From: the human T2T-CHM13v2.0 reference genome, Homo sapiens
Assembly (NCBI RefSeq): GCF_009914755.1
Contig: NC_060932.1
DNA length: 64,000 bases
Reading direction: 5' to 3' (one strand)
Of the stretch, positions 14,986 through 28,480 are shown piece by piece; the stretch's first letter is position 1, and every line of letters starts with the position of its first letter. Made by a program: the position numbers and the translations under genes. The notes beneath the pieces were generated by a model, which made no database searches, was not told the origin of the DNA, and saw nothing but the letters and a program-made list of their open reading frames with translations.

Positions 14986-15285
14986 CAGTCATCCTTCAGT
15001 GTCCATAGAGGATTGGTTCTGGGACCTCCTGAGGATATCACAATCCCAGATGCTCAATCCTTAATACAAAGTGGTGTACTATTTGCATAGAACCTGCAAA
15101 CATCCTTCCGTATACTTTAAATCATCTCTAGATTACTGTAATACCTGATACAATGCAAATGCTATGTCAGTAGTCATTATACTGAATTGTTTCTTTTTAA
15201 TTTGTGTCATGTTTTATTGCTGTATTGTTCATTTTTATTTTTCTGAATGTTTTCCATTTGCCATTGGTTTGAACTCTTGGATGCC
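14986..15285 (+). mobile_element. MER2-like (Tigger/TcMar) DNA transposon fragment
   Basis: cagtcatccttcagt...ggattggttc...tatactttaaatcatctctagattac, characteristic of MER2. Confidence 0.7.
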
Positions 15286-16254
15286 AACAGTCATCTCTGT
15301 GGCTCTCTCCTTTACTCATTCCAGTCTCTGCTCAAAGTCATCTTAACAGAGAGAAGCTGCCAGCAGCACAGATGAAGTGCTGCCCTGCACTTGCACAGTC
15401 TTTCCACCGTTTTCCCTGCTGTCCTTCATGGCGCTGACCAGGTCCTGCAGTATCAGGCGTCCCCTCATTTCCTGGCATGTGTTTGTCTTCCCACACTAGA
15501 ACGCAGCCCTGAGGGGTGGCCTTGAGTCCTTCCTTCCCTCTGTGTCCAAGCCCAGAGCCTGGCCCCGCACAGTGTAATGTGCCCTGAAGAGTGAACACAT
15601 GAATGTGTTGGTCACCGCCCCATTGTGCAGCGTAGTTCTCCATGTCGGTCGTGGGAAACTGAGGCTTGGAGGGGTTACGTGACCCTTTCCCCACGCCACG
15701 AAGACAAGGAAGCAGGAGGAGAAAATACACTAACTTTGGACAGCCTCAATCTGGATTCGAACTCCACCTCTGCCCCTTACCAACTGTGCACACACAGGAG
15801 GGGGGTTACTAACCCCTTGAAGTCAGCTTCTTCCTGCAACACAGACAGATGCCACTCTGCCACCCTCACAGAATGTTAAAGTGGGCCAAACCCTGCAAAA
15901 TACATAGCCCAGCCCTATCAAGTCCTATTCAAAGGTGACACTGTATTTATCAGGGACCATGAGTGACCTTCTGCTCAAAGGGGTATGGCATTGCCATCAA
16001 GAAATCAGAACTCTGCTTCTCACCTGTTAAGGTTTAGGGCCTGCCAGATATCCGACCTGCACTTAACTCTCTATTCTTATCACAGAAACTGTGGAGTGGA
16101 TTTGATTAGTTCTATTTTACAGACCAGACAACTGGGGCTCCAAGAGGAGAAGTAACTTACCTGCCCCACATGCCACAGTCAAGACTGGCAGCAATGGTGG
16201 GGCCCAGTACACTCTTTCCCACCCCCAACACTTGAAGACCTCAAAAGTAGGTTG

Positions 16255-17322
<1,068 letters not shown>

Positions 17323-18959
17323 AGTAAACCGGATTCTTCCTCCATATGTATCTCAGTTTCAGCATCTGTGAAGCCCACTCTGAGCTGTCCCAGGAGTATA
17401 AATCCCTTTATGCATTAGGCACCTCTCCTCTGGAGAGCTTAGCAAGGGGGTAATTTGACATTTATTTTTGTAATTCCTTGATCAATGTCTGTCTCCCCCA
17501 CCAGGCTACAAACTCCATGGAGCTGCAGAACCATTTGGTGTGGGTTCCCCACTGGTTTCCCTGGTGCCTAGCACAGAGTCTGGCAACGAGTAAGGGCTAA
17601 AATGTATTTTCAGAATGCACCAACGGCTGCAAAGATGGACTCTAAATGCCAATGGCAAACTTCTCAAACTCTAGCTTCCAACAAGGTGGGCCAGATTTTC
17701 TCCTAGTTCCCCATACAAGCTACCCCGGGGAGCCGCATGAGCTCCTACCCGGGCCTTGGTCTTCAACTGACCTATGAGGTCAAGGCATTCTCTCTCCCAG
17801 AAGAAATATCCAGGGCAGAAAAACCACTCCCACAGTGCTCAAAGCATTTCCCTTTGAACATTTTCCTGCTTCTTATTTTATTCATAACCAGGCAACCTGA
17901 AGCTTTAACAGGATACATGGTTTTTTCTCTCTTCTAGATTTAGAGAAAAAAATGTTTGAGATATTTTTAACTGACAACACCCAGCCCCTTCTCCCTATGC
18001 AACACCCTCTCCCCGAATCTGTGCTCAGACACCCTATCTCAGCCCCAGAGACAGGCTCCTGAGGCCGAAGCAGCTCAGGCCATAAATCCTCATCTGCGGC
18101 CGGTAATCCACATGGAGAGAAATGACAAATGCTCTATTTAGCCCTATTTCCAAGGAAATTAGAATTACAAATTGGAGCTATTGCTAAGGCCCCGCTTGAG
18201 CATAACCTTTGGAAATAAAGGTAGGGAGGGGGTCGGGGAGGACTGGCATTTGGCTAGCCAATTTCTTTGTCAGGTTAGCTTTTGTAGAAATCCACCCCCA
18301 CCTATGGGAATCACACCCCTCCCCATCCCTTCCACCCCCAGCACTACCAATTAGAGCCGGTGGCCCAGGAGTATTCGCTCTGGCTTTGTTCACCGCTAAA
18401 GGCACCACCAAACCAGGTAAGCAATCACTTCCAGGGAAAGTACAGAAAATTGCTTCTTTAATTGGGTAGTTTCTAGGGCTAAGAATAATTTAATTGAAAA
18501 CCAGCATTAATGAGAATCAAAAGGTTTTAAAAAGGGGCCTGGATGGAGATGTCCACGTGTCAGAGACAAGTGACAGCCAGAGTTCTCAAAAGATACATGG
18601 AGAAAAGGGCTTTGTTAAAAATCCATCATCCCCCACTACCCACACTCCTACCTCACTCCTCCAAACACACCCCTCCCCAGCACAGATACACAAGGCTGAT
18701 TTGGATGCTTATTTCGAAAAGCTTCATCTCATCTCCAAACCACTGAGAACTACTGGGGTAGATGTTTTTTGTTGCATTTTGTTTCATTTTCTTAATTTTG
18801 CAGCCAGTAGTGAAATATAAGGCAAACAGTGTAGATTTCTACGGGGTGAGTTCCAGGAGCCCTGAGTTCAGGTCCCGTTCCAGTACCCACTATGACCCTG
18901 GTCAGGTCACCCAGCCCTCTGACACTCTTTACCCCCCCATTTGTCTTATTTACTCAACA

Positions 18960-19185
18960 ACTACTTTCACACAGCTAAGGGCCAAGCATTGTTCTCAGCA
19001 CTTTATAAATAATAAGTGATTTAATCCTCTTACCAAGCCCCTTGGACAAGCACAGTTCATTGCCCCCTTTTCTTCTTATCAGAAACCCAAGAGGTACCGA
19101 GAGGTTCAGAAACTTGCCCACAGTGACACAACTGGCAAGTTATGGAGCTGGGAGTTGAACCCAGCAGTCTGGTTCCAGGGTCCAC
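18960..19185 (-). mobile_element. MIR fragment
   Basis: tttaatcctc...gaggttcagaaacttgcccacagtgacacaac...gagttgaacccagcagtctg. Confidence 0.65.
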
Positions 19186-20779
19186 CTCTGGCAATACACA
19201 GAAAGGATGCTACCACTCCATCAACCCCTATTTCCCAAGGGGTGTGAGTGCTCAGAGGATGTGGGTGGGGTGCTGAGCCCATTTATCTCATGTGATTTAG
19301 CTCATGCCCCTCTAATCCTTTTGCACCTGTCTCCTGTGTGCTCCCTCCTGCCCTCCTCACCCAGCCACCAACTGGTTCCTGGCATTAAGCTCTGTTTCTG
19401 CACTTTGAGTTCTGATTCTGTGCCTTCGTGCTACAACTGGGGTCATCTGTCCTGCCCCGTGTGAAGGGTCTACACTGAATATCGTTGAATCAAGGATTTT
19501 ATTCCAAATAATGAGGCACAAACTCATAATAAAAAGACAGCATGGTGTGGAGGACAGGAGCTGGTGCTTTGCAGCCCAGCAGCTGGGACTGAACTTAGGA
19601 AAATCATGTAACTTTTCTGTGCCTCCACTTCCTTCTTGTAAAAATAAAGGAATAAATAATCAAGCCTACTTCATAGAGTTGTGCAAACTGAGCATGTTAA
19701 AATAAGCATAGCTCTACAGAATGCTACGGGGAATGTGGTATGAGACAGATGCACAGTGTGACACAGCTGACCACAGGTCAGTGCTGCTCCGCCAACTGAG
19801 CTGCAGGATGGCAGATTGCAGAGAGCGTGGGATTTGGTGGCATTGGACTTTGACTGAATCAGGCATGGGACTCTGTCACATCAATCAGCATCTCCAAGCC
19901 TGTTCCTTTTATATAAAATAAAGAGAATAATAATTCCTGCTCACTTCACCTGATTATGAGGATTCGACAAAGCAGAGTGCTTTGTAAATTACAAAGGAAC
20001 CTAGAAACATTGAGCTTTATTCTTAGAACAAAATTAGTTGGTGAGAAAGTATAAGGAGACTTGGATTTCAGGGTAGTAATATGGGCTAAAGCCTTCAGGG
20101 TGTTTCCAGGTAACATGCTCTGCACCCGATCAATATCACCTTGTAATTCTCACAATTCTATGCCTGTTTTATAGACACAAAAACCTAAGGCTCAGAAAGG
20201 CAAAAGGACCAACTGGTGTCATGAAAAGGGGTGGACTGACATTTGGAGCCAAGTCCCAAATGCTCTTAATTGTGGCATTACATTGTCACATTCCTGTCAC
20301 TGTCACTTCATGGGGAAGCAAAGAGCTGGCCTTTCAGAAAGGAAGAGGGTCAGGCCCCAGATCAGGAGGAGGAGAGGCAGCTGTGAGCAAAGGTGAGGAG
20401 GAGGAAAGGCAAGGCAGGTCTCCATGGCCCAGGGCAGCACAGCCACGTGGCTTTCCCGCCTCTCTCCTCCAGACTCTGCGTTCACTGTGGGCAGGGACAC
20501 ATTAGCTTGCATTTATTTCCCCCATGCACCTGCCCCATCCCCAACATAAATATTTTTAAGGGAAATCAAGTGAATGAATGAATGATATTACTCAACTGAG
20601 GCACTAAGATCAAGTTAAGAAGAAATAAAAAAACGACTCTAATAAGCAGTAAAGCCATGAAGACATCTTCCCCAATCCTCCAAATCAAATTAATTTTCCC
20701 TCCTTTGGGCACCCTTAGTTCTTCTGTGATTAGCCCCACCCACCCACCCCAAAAAAACACACAAAAAATCATTATTATT

Positions 20780-20960
20780 AATATCATTTACTGAGCTCTT
20801 ACTATGTGTCAGGCATTTCCCATACAGAATCCTATTCAAGTCTCACAACTACCCCATTTCACAGATGAGAAAATCAAGACTCACCAAGGTTACAGAACTG
20901 GGCTAGGTCATACGGTTAGTAAACCCTTGGTTTCATCTCAAGTCTCTGTTTCTGAGGCTA
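20780..20960 (-). mobile_element. MIR fragment
   Basis: catttactgagctcttactatgtgtcaggca...ccccatttcacagatgagaaaat. Confidence 0.65.
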
Positions 20961-22276
20961 GAACTCAGCTGTTTCTCTACATCCCTATCTGTCTGCCTAT
21001 TAAACACTTTATAATTTTCCAAGCAAGAAGTCCATCTTACATGCCCATATGCCCGGGATACCTTGCACAATGCTGGGCACAGAGTAGTGTGCTCCATGGG
21101 CATTTGCAGAGCTGAACTGTATTTAATCATCTGTGTCTATTCAAAGGCTGAGGTCTTTATCAGATGGGAGCCCAGAAGGGATAAGCTGGGTTACTGTTTG
21201 CCTCTCCAAGCAGAAAAAGAACCAGATGACCTCCTGGTACATGTTTATTGCTAACGGCCCTGCAGTGGCTTCCACAACATGCCTCAGCCTGGATCCACCA
21301 ACCTTAAGCTACTCTCAAGACAATGCCTTCGTGGTGGCCAACAAGATTAGCACCCAATTAATAACTAATTTTGGAAAGACTGTGCAAAACAGCTTGGCAA
21401 ACTGCATCATGCCACACATTAGCTTGACCTGAGAGCACCCTGCCTGGAAATGAACAGATCAAAGGGGCTGAAAACATGAGCTTGGGAGACCCAGACTCTG
21501 CTCTCCTTGGCTGCTGGGAATCTGTGTGTCCTTAAGCAAACTCCCTCCTTCCCTGGGTTCAGGTTCTTCGTCCTTTAAGCTGAAAAGCAGAGCTAGACTG
21601 GGAAGACCTCTTCCAGGTCCAAAATTCTAGAGCTCCGGGATACAATTAAAGCCAAGCAAGGCAACCAGGATGAGTCTATGTGTCACCAAAAATTCCCAGG
21701 CAATGCTAATTACTGGCACTTAACCAACTCATAGTTAACTCCAGGTAATTTCCAGAGGATTTATTACAACTCTGAATGCTATTTTGTGAGGGAAGCAATG
21801 TATATTTAATATTGACAGTACAGGAGGCAAGTTCCCTTTCTCCAAGCCCATAAATTATCCCAGGCGACGGGAGGACAAAACTACCAAAGGCTTGTTACAA
21901 GCAGGCTGCCTCCCAAACAGAAATCAGGCTTAATAGAAAGCAATAAAAAAGATGTAGGAGGAGACGAATTTAAAGCCAGAAGCACGTGAGTGGTGTGTGA
22001 GACAGCATGTATGTGTGTATGTGAATGGCCTCAGAAAATCAAACGATAGAAGTCAGAGAGGAATGTCCAATTCATCTCATTACCATTAGGGTAGCTTCCT
22101 GTTCAATCCCACAACAAACATTTCCTGAGCCCCTTCTGGGAACCCAGGGTGAGTCACATCAGACTTGGTCCCCAAATAAGCTATGCATGTGGCTCTTTCC
22201 CTCTCCCCCTGGGACTCTGAGTCCATCTTAGGATGCTCTGTTTTCATATCCCCAAAATGAGAATCCAAAGACTTAC

Positions 22277-22302
22277 ATCGTGGCGTGTTCTGCAGGCTTC
22301 AT
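22277..22302 (-). CDS. KCNQ3: KCNQ3 alternative first coding exon (exon 1b, short N-terminus MKPAEHAT-M)
   Basis: Minus strand reads ATG AAG CCT GCA GAA CAC GCC ACG AT|GTAAGT: a consensus donor with the same phase 2 as exon 1. Matches my recollection of the KCNQ3 isoform beginning MKPAEHATMFLIVLG. Confidence 0.85.
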
Positions 22303-25025
22303 AAGGTAATGAATGCAAGAACAAGATTTTTAACAAGTGGTGGTAACACAGCTAGAAATAACCCTAAAGCAGGGCAGAATGGGCAGACAAGGGTCAAGAT
22401 AAAGGTACCAGAGAAAACCACAGGCAGACAGTAAAGGTTTCTAGGACACAGATGTGGAGAAGACACTGCAAGAAAGAAGAAAAGGAAGAAGGTGGGGAAG
22501 AGGTGGTGGAGGGGTACCTGTGCGTGGGCCACACAGTGATTGGCTGTGTGTGAGGAAAGAGACTGAAAAAAAACAGGAGAAAGAAAAGTAATGGAGATTA
22601 AAGAAAAAGAAGGAGCAGAGTAGCGGGTGAGCTGGGTTATGGGAGAGAGAGAAGAAGAAAAGAGGACGTAAACCATAAGGGAGATAAGATAAAACAGAAA
22701 ATCAATAGAAGTGCCTAAAGTTGATTCATCAAGAGACAGCGCCACGAGCGCATGATTTAGAGATGCAGGAGAACCACCAGGAGTTCTAAGGACAGAAAGA
22801 ACGAGACTGCCTCTGGGGAAGGGGCTGTGGCTTTTCATTTTTAACCTGCCTTCCTATATGACTTTGGGCTTGAATATATGTATGTATTCCTCTGATAGAA
22901 ATAAAAATAATTGAAAGCATTTTTAAGAGATGGAAACAGAAGTTACCACGGCGTAAGTACTACCTGCTGGGCATCACCCCCAGCGACTTATAAATACCAT
23001 CTCATATTTGTCATCCCAACCACACTACAGCGTAACCAAATCCCCTTTTCATTTTCCTTTAGCTGCACTTACTTTGTGGGGGCTGTTGTGAGGATTGAAA
23101 GAGCACAGGTAAGCAGCTACAAATGTGCCTGGAAAATGCAAATGCTCAATAAACGTTCCTTCCTATTGTCAAAGAATTTGACAAGCACTCCTCCTTTTTC
23201 CTGGGAGCTATTCTGCCCCCTGTTTTGTAGCAGCTGTCATGCCATCTTATGATCCTTTCACCCAAAGACACAGGTGGGGAATAAGGGTTCTGCAGTAGGC
23301 ACCTGAACCCAGCTAAGTCAGTGGGTCCCTAACTTAGGAAGGCAATTACTTTTCTTCACTGTAAAGCCACACCCCTCACTCAGGCCTTCTTGATCTCCTT
23401 TGGGGTCCATGAGCAAGCAAGATCCCTGGGACGCCTCAGCTGGTTTAAGATGGGCTTCTGCTACCAGCCTCTGAAAGTGTCAAGGGAGTTCAAAAGCAAA
23501 CGTCATGTAGGCGTAGGTCTCTCCAGGGCTTTCCCAGAACAAGAAGCTGAGCTCTAAGGGGGAAGAAGGAGAAATATGAAAAAAAAAAAAAAAAAAAAGA
23601 GGAAGAAGAAGAAAACAAAAGAAAAAGTAAAAAGGAGGAGGAGGAAGGATGTGCTTGCAGTGAATTCTGCGTTTTGATTGTTGCTATTTTATAGCTAGGA
23701 AAAACTAAGCAAAAGCAATCTCTGGTCACAGCTAGAAAACTATTATTTGCGTTTCTATCTTTCCAACCCACGATCTGTGCCATTTGGATTTCATGGTCTA
23801 AAAATATCTCCCAAACTTCCAAGTATGTTGGCATGGGTTGATGGACTCAAATTTTTAATCCATTTGTAAATGTTTTCACACAGCTCTTTTTTCCCTCTCA
23901 AATTCTATTTCTTGCTGAATCACTTCCATCATTTAGTTTGGCATTTATTTGAGCAGGAAGGAAATCATCTTGAACACAAATGTCAGCCCTGGCCCCGAAG
24001 GCTCCTGAGAGAGAAAAAAGGCCAACACGGGTTAGAGACTGGTGAGGTTGCCACGGTACGGCAGGAAGAGCACCGGCTTCGGTGTAGACTATTCTGGTTG
24101 CATCTGGCTGTGTGACCCTGAGCAAAATATTGGACCTCTCTGAGCATGTTCTTCAGCTACGATGTGGGGATAATGAAATTCAGTTTAACAGTGTTTGTAG
24201 CCATTCAGTGGGTTAGAGCCCCATGTGTACCTCCTAGCACAAGGCAGGAGCTTAGTAAATGGCCTCATTGTGAATTTTAGGTGTCATCTTGAAATGTGTC
24301 TTGTAAAGACCATGTGTATGCCTGCCTCCGCATCCCTTCTCCAGCCAATGGCAGAGTCACTCTTGCAAAACACAAATCTGATCATGCCACTCCCGACCGT
24401 GAAACCCAGTGGCCACAGGATCGGATTACAGTGTTCACTGTAGACCACTGTGGTCTACAGTGAACATAGTACAGTGGTCAATTTCCCATCCCCCCTCCAC
24501 ACCAGCCTCTCCAACTGCCTGCCCTCCAACCTCCCAGCAGGATGCTCCTACTCTGCCTCTCATGGTTCTGATTTCCAGTTCAGGTCCTCCAGCTCAGCCA
24601 CTCCCTTTTCCCACCTCTCTAGACCCCCACAGGAAAACACATCTCTGATGGTATTCCCTCTGGAGCCCTCAGATTCACCCCCCACACCATTGGCCCTGCC
24701 TGGGTCATGTGCTTACTCCTGTACCTGTCATCATTGTCAGGTGAGGCCAGCTGATCCCAAACAATGAAGTGAAGAATAGGAAGGAATTAAGTCCCCAAAG
24801 TAAAATCATGGACTGCTTGGTGGGAGAGCTGGGGGCTACATGTGGGAGGCAAGGATCAAGGGTCAAGGCTAGTTTCCACGGATGAGCAAGGGACAGTTAA
24901 GAACCACTGAGGCCTTAAAGTTTTACAAACTGAGAAATTAAGGTACAAGATGGGCCCATAGCAAGCCCAAGTTCATGCCAGGCCATCACCCAGGGTCCAG
25001 CCCCCAACTCTAGCCCTCTTCCCAC

Positions 25026-25576
25026 TGTGTCCAGAGTTGGTGCCTTCCACTGGGTTCACAGTCTTGCTGACTTTAAGAATGAAGCCGTGGACCTCCGTGG
25101 TGAGTGTTACAGCTCTTAAAGGTGGCATGGACCCAAAGAGTGAGCAACAGGAAGATTTATTGTGAAGAGCAAAAGCACAAAGCTTCCACAGCATGGAAGG
25201 GGACCCGAGCGGGTTGCCACTGCTGGCTGGGGTGGCCACTGCTGGCTGGGGTGGCCAGCTTTTATTCCCTTATTTGTCCCCACCCATGTCCTGCTGATTG
25301 GTCCATTTTACAGAGTGCTGATTGGTCCATTTTACAGAGTGTTGATTGGCCTATTTTACAAACCTCTAGCTAGCCACAGAGTGCTGATTGTGCATTTTTC
25401 CAGAGCACTGATTGGCACATTTTACAAACCTCTAGCTAGCCACAGAGCGCTGATTGGTGCATTTTACAATCCTAACTACAGAGTGCTGATTGGTGCATTT
25501 TATAATCCTCTTGTAAGACAGAAAAGTTCTCCAAGTCCCCACTCGACCCAGGAAGTCCAGCTGGCTTCACCTCTCA
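25026..25576 (-). mobile_element. LTR12F (ERV9 family) solo LTR, sense to KCNQ3
   Basis: Minus strand begins TGAGAGGTGAAGCCAGCTGGACTTCCTGGGTCGAGTGGGGACTTGGAGAAC and ends ...GGACACA. Contains repeated CCAATCAGC units and an AATAAA TATA-like box at 25261-25266; 4-bp TSD CCAC/CCTC. Confidence 0.9.
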
Positions 25577-26090
25577 CCTCCGTACTGCCAACACCTTCCC
25601 CCTCCCCCAGGAAAACAGCTTCATGATTAAATCAATTTTGCAATCAGCAGTTCCAGCCACAGGTTCCATAGCAGGATGTGAGGAATGGTTTCTGAAGATG
25701 AAGTGGAAGGGCTACAGGGCACTGAGGGGCAGGCATCACACCATCTCCCACAGGCAGGCCCACCAGAGTCAGGCCCAATGCAGGTGAATGCCCTTTGAGC
25801 CGAAGAGGAAGAAGGAGCTCACATGCTTGTTCTCCTTCTAGGGAAGCCTCAGCACTCCAGCTTTCCCTCCTTTCCTCATCATCACCGTCCTCCCTTCTCT
25901 GCCCTTCAATGGACGACTGGGGCAAGGGAAGGGGGTGAGAGAAAAGAAAAGCAGAACTGAAAAAGGACATCAAAGGATGGGTTGATTAGAAAGCTCTTTC
26001 CAGAGAAGGATGGAATGTCTAGAAATAACGTCTGTGATGCCCTTTGTTCTGAGCCTTTCTGAAGAGCTTTTACTCATCGCTCAAGATCAG

Positions 26091-26449
26091 TAATATGGTT
26101 TGGCTCTGTGTCCCCACCCAAATCTCACCTTGAATGGTAATAATCCCCATGTTCCATGGGAGGGACCCGGTGGGAGGTAACTGAATCATGGGGGTGGGTT
26201 TATCTTGTGCTTTCTCATGATAGTGAATCAGCCTCATGAGATGTGACAATTTTATAAAGGGGAGTTCCCCTGCACATGTTGTCTTGCCTGCTGCCATGTA
26301 AAACGTGACTTTGCTTCTCCTTTGCCTTCTGCCATGATTGTGAGGCCTCCCCAGCCACGTGGAACTGTGAGTCCATTAAACCTTTTTCCTTTATAAATTA
26401 CCCAGTCTCAGCTATGTCTTTATTAGCAATGTGAGAACAAACTAACACA
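26091..26449 (+). mobile_element. THE1 (MaLR) solo LTR
   Basis: (T)AATATGGTTTGGCTCTGTGTCCCCACCCAAATCTCACC...ACTAACACA; 5-bp TSD ATCAG/ATCGG. Confidence 0.9.
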
Positions 26450-27149
26450 ATCGGACTCAAGAAGCATCTCCTTTGGGAAGACTTTCTTAATGCACCATCC
26501 ACCACGGGCAGACGTTATCCTGTCCCTCCTCTATGCCCACTGGCCTGAGACACACTGCACATTCTATTTGTGTGACTGTCCCCACAGCTTGCATTTTCCA
26601 GAATAGGAAATCAGTAGGTGCTCACTAAATATTCAATGAATTGGCTAAGGATGCAGATGTACAAAGTGCAGGGAAGAAGAAGATTTAGTCATGCAATAAA
26701 CAGAAATGTAGGTGCAGGAAGGAAGAAAGGCGTCTATTCACACAGGACTCCAACGCTGGAGCAGCAGAGGATGAGTTTTGCAGAGAGTCACAGCACACAT
26801 CTATCAATGGATAACTGTTGCAAATATTCACCCACGACATTTTCTCCATTTAACTGATGAGATGAGATCTGATGTCTCCAGGCCTTAAAATAGGACAGGA
26901 GCAGCGGGAAGGTGGGGAGAGAGGACAAGCTTGGATGTTTGGATGTTCGGTCAGCCTGTAGTTTCAAGCGGCCTCAACTGGGACAGGTCAAGAGAAAAAT
27001 GGGACATTTTCAAATGAAGTTCTTTTTTTTGCAGAACTAAACACCCTGGAGTTGGAGGGCACCTTTAAAGTCACTGGGCCCAAACACTCACAGTGGTATG
27101 TGGTTTCTCACACCGCAGCCAAGGGTTGGGTTTTTCGTTTGTTTGTCAC

Positions 27150-27530
27150 TGTGCTAAAATATACATAACATAAATTTTTATCATTTTAACCATTTTTAAG
27201 TATGCAATTCAGTGGCATTAACCACATTCGCATCGTTGTGCAACCATCACCTCTATCCACCTCCCAAACATTTTCATCCCCCCAAAATGAAACACTGTTT
27301 CCATCGAGCAATAGCTCCACCTTCTCTGCTTCCTCCAGCCCCTGGCAACCACCGCCCCACTCTCTGTTTCTATGAATTAAACTCCTCTAGGTGCCTCTTT
27401 TAAGTGGAGCCATGCAGTATTTTTCCTTTTGTGTCTGCCTTATTTCACTTAGCCTCATGTCCTCAGGGTTCATCCATGTTGTAACAAGTGTCAGAAATGC
27501 TTTCATTTTAAGGCTGAACAGTATTCCATG
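27150..27530 (-). mobile_element. L1M(B) 3' fragment
   Basis: aaaatatacataacataaattttatcattttaaccatttttaag...tatttcacttagcctcatgtcctcagggttcatccatgttg. Confidence 0.75.
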
Positions 27531-27879
27531 CACATGCTGCTTTATCACCTCCACTGGAACCTTCCGGCAAAGATGAGACACTACCCGCTTTCCAAGACTG
27601 CTGTCCCCCTGCAGTCAAGTATGACTGGCACCAAATCCTTGGGTTCAGCAGCTGAGCATCTTGCTATTACTCCTTCCACTGGCCAAGGGAACCACAGAAG
27701 AGTCCATTCCTCACCCACAAGACAGGACTAGGGATATCTGAGGGTAAGGCTCACAGTCCTCTTCACTCTCTGCCTCCAAGCTGGGCATGCTCCAATCTGT
27801 CAAGCATGATAGAGGATTCAGGTCATTTTCGGGCCACCTTGCTAACCCTCCTCCAGACACATCCCAGTGAGTCTGTCTG

Positions 27880-28480
27880 GGTTATTCAGTCAGTCAACAA
27901 ACACACACTACAGTCTGGCCCCAAGCTGGGAGCTGGGGACACCACAGTGAACTTGACATGATGTTTGCCTGCCTAGAGCTCTCAGTTTAATGAAGGGAGA
28001 CAAATCAGTAAATAAACATGTAACTTACAGATTATGATAATTACAGCTCATGACAGGGTGCTTGGAAGGATATAAAAATGAAGACTGGCTGAGAGTGAAG
28101 GTGGTCAGGGAAGCCCCTCCTGGATCCGAAAGAAGCCACTTCATGGGAGTTAAGGGTGCGGTCTCTCGGGTAAAGCAAAGGCCCCCAGGGGAGGCAGGAC
28201 CTTGGATGGTCTAGGAAGGGCCATGGTGATCTGGAGAGCAGAATGCTGGGGAATGGCTGGTCCACCCAAGGGAAGAGAGGTGGGCAAGGGCTGGATCATC
28301 TGGGGCCTGTTGGCCTCGGTGAAGACGGCGGGTACTAGTCTAAGGTCAACAGACAGCCCCTGAAGGGCTTTGAACCATGGAAGGCATCATCTAGCTCACT
28401 CTGGAAAAAGACAACTCTGGCTGCCGGTTGGAGAATGGATGGGTAAGAGCAGAAGACAGAAGAGAAGTCAGGACATTGCA
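27880..28480 (+). mobile_element. L2 fragment (approximate; strand uncertain)
   Basis: ttattcagtcagtcaacaaa...gctggggacaccacagtgaac...ctctggctgccggttggagaatggat, typical of the L2 3' region. Confidence 0.55.

Noticed and set aside
22299-22838. 179-aa minus-strand ORF whose TGA overlaps the exon 1b ATG (ATGA)
   Set aside because: Runs through a pyrimidine-rich, low-complexity tract (Ser/Leu/Phe-rich) that is naturally poor in stops; no recognisable domain.
25104-25626. ORFs with repeated LIGPFYRV-type units
   Set aside because: Translation of LTR12 CCAAT tandem units.
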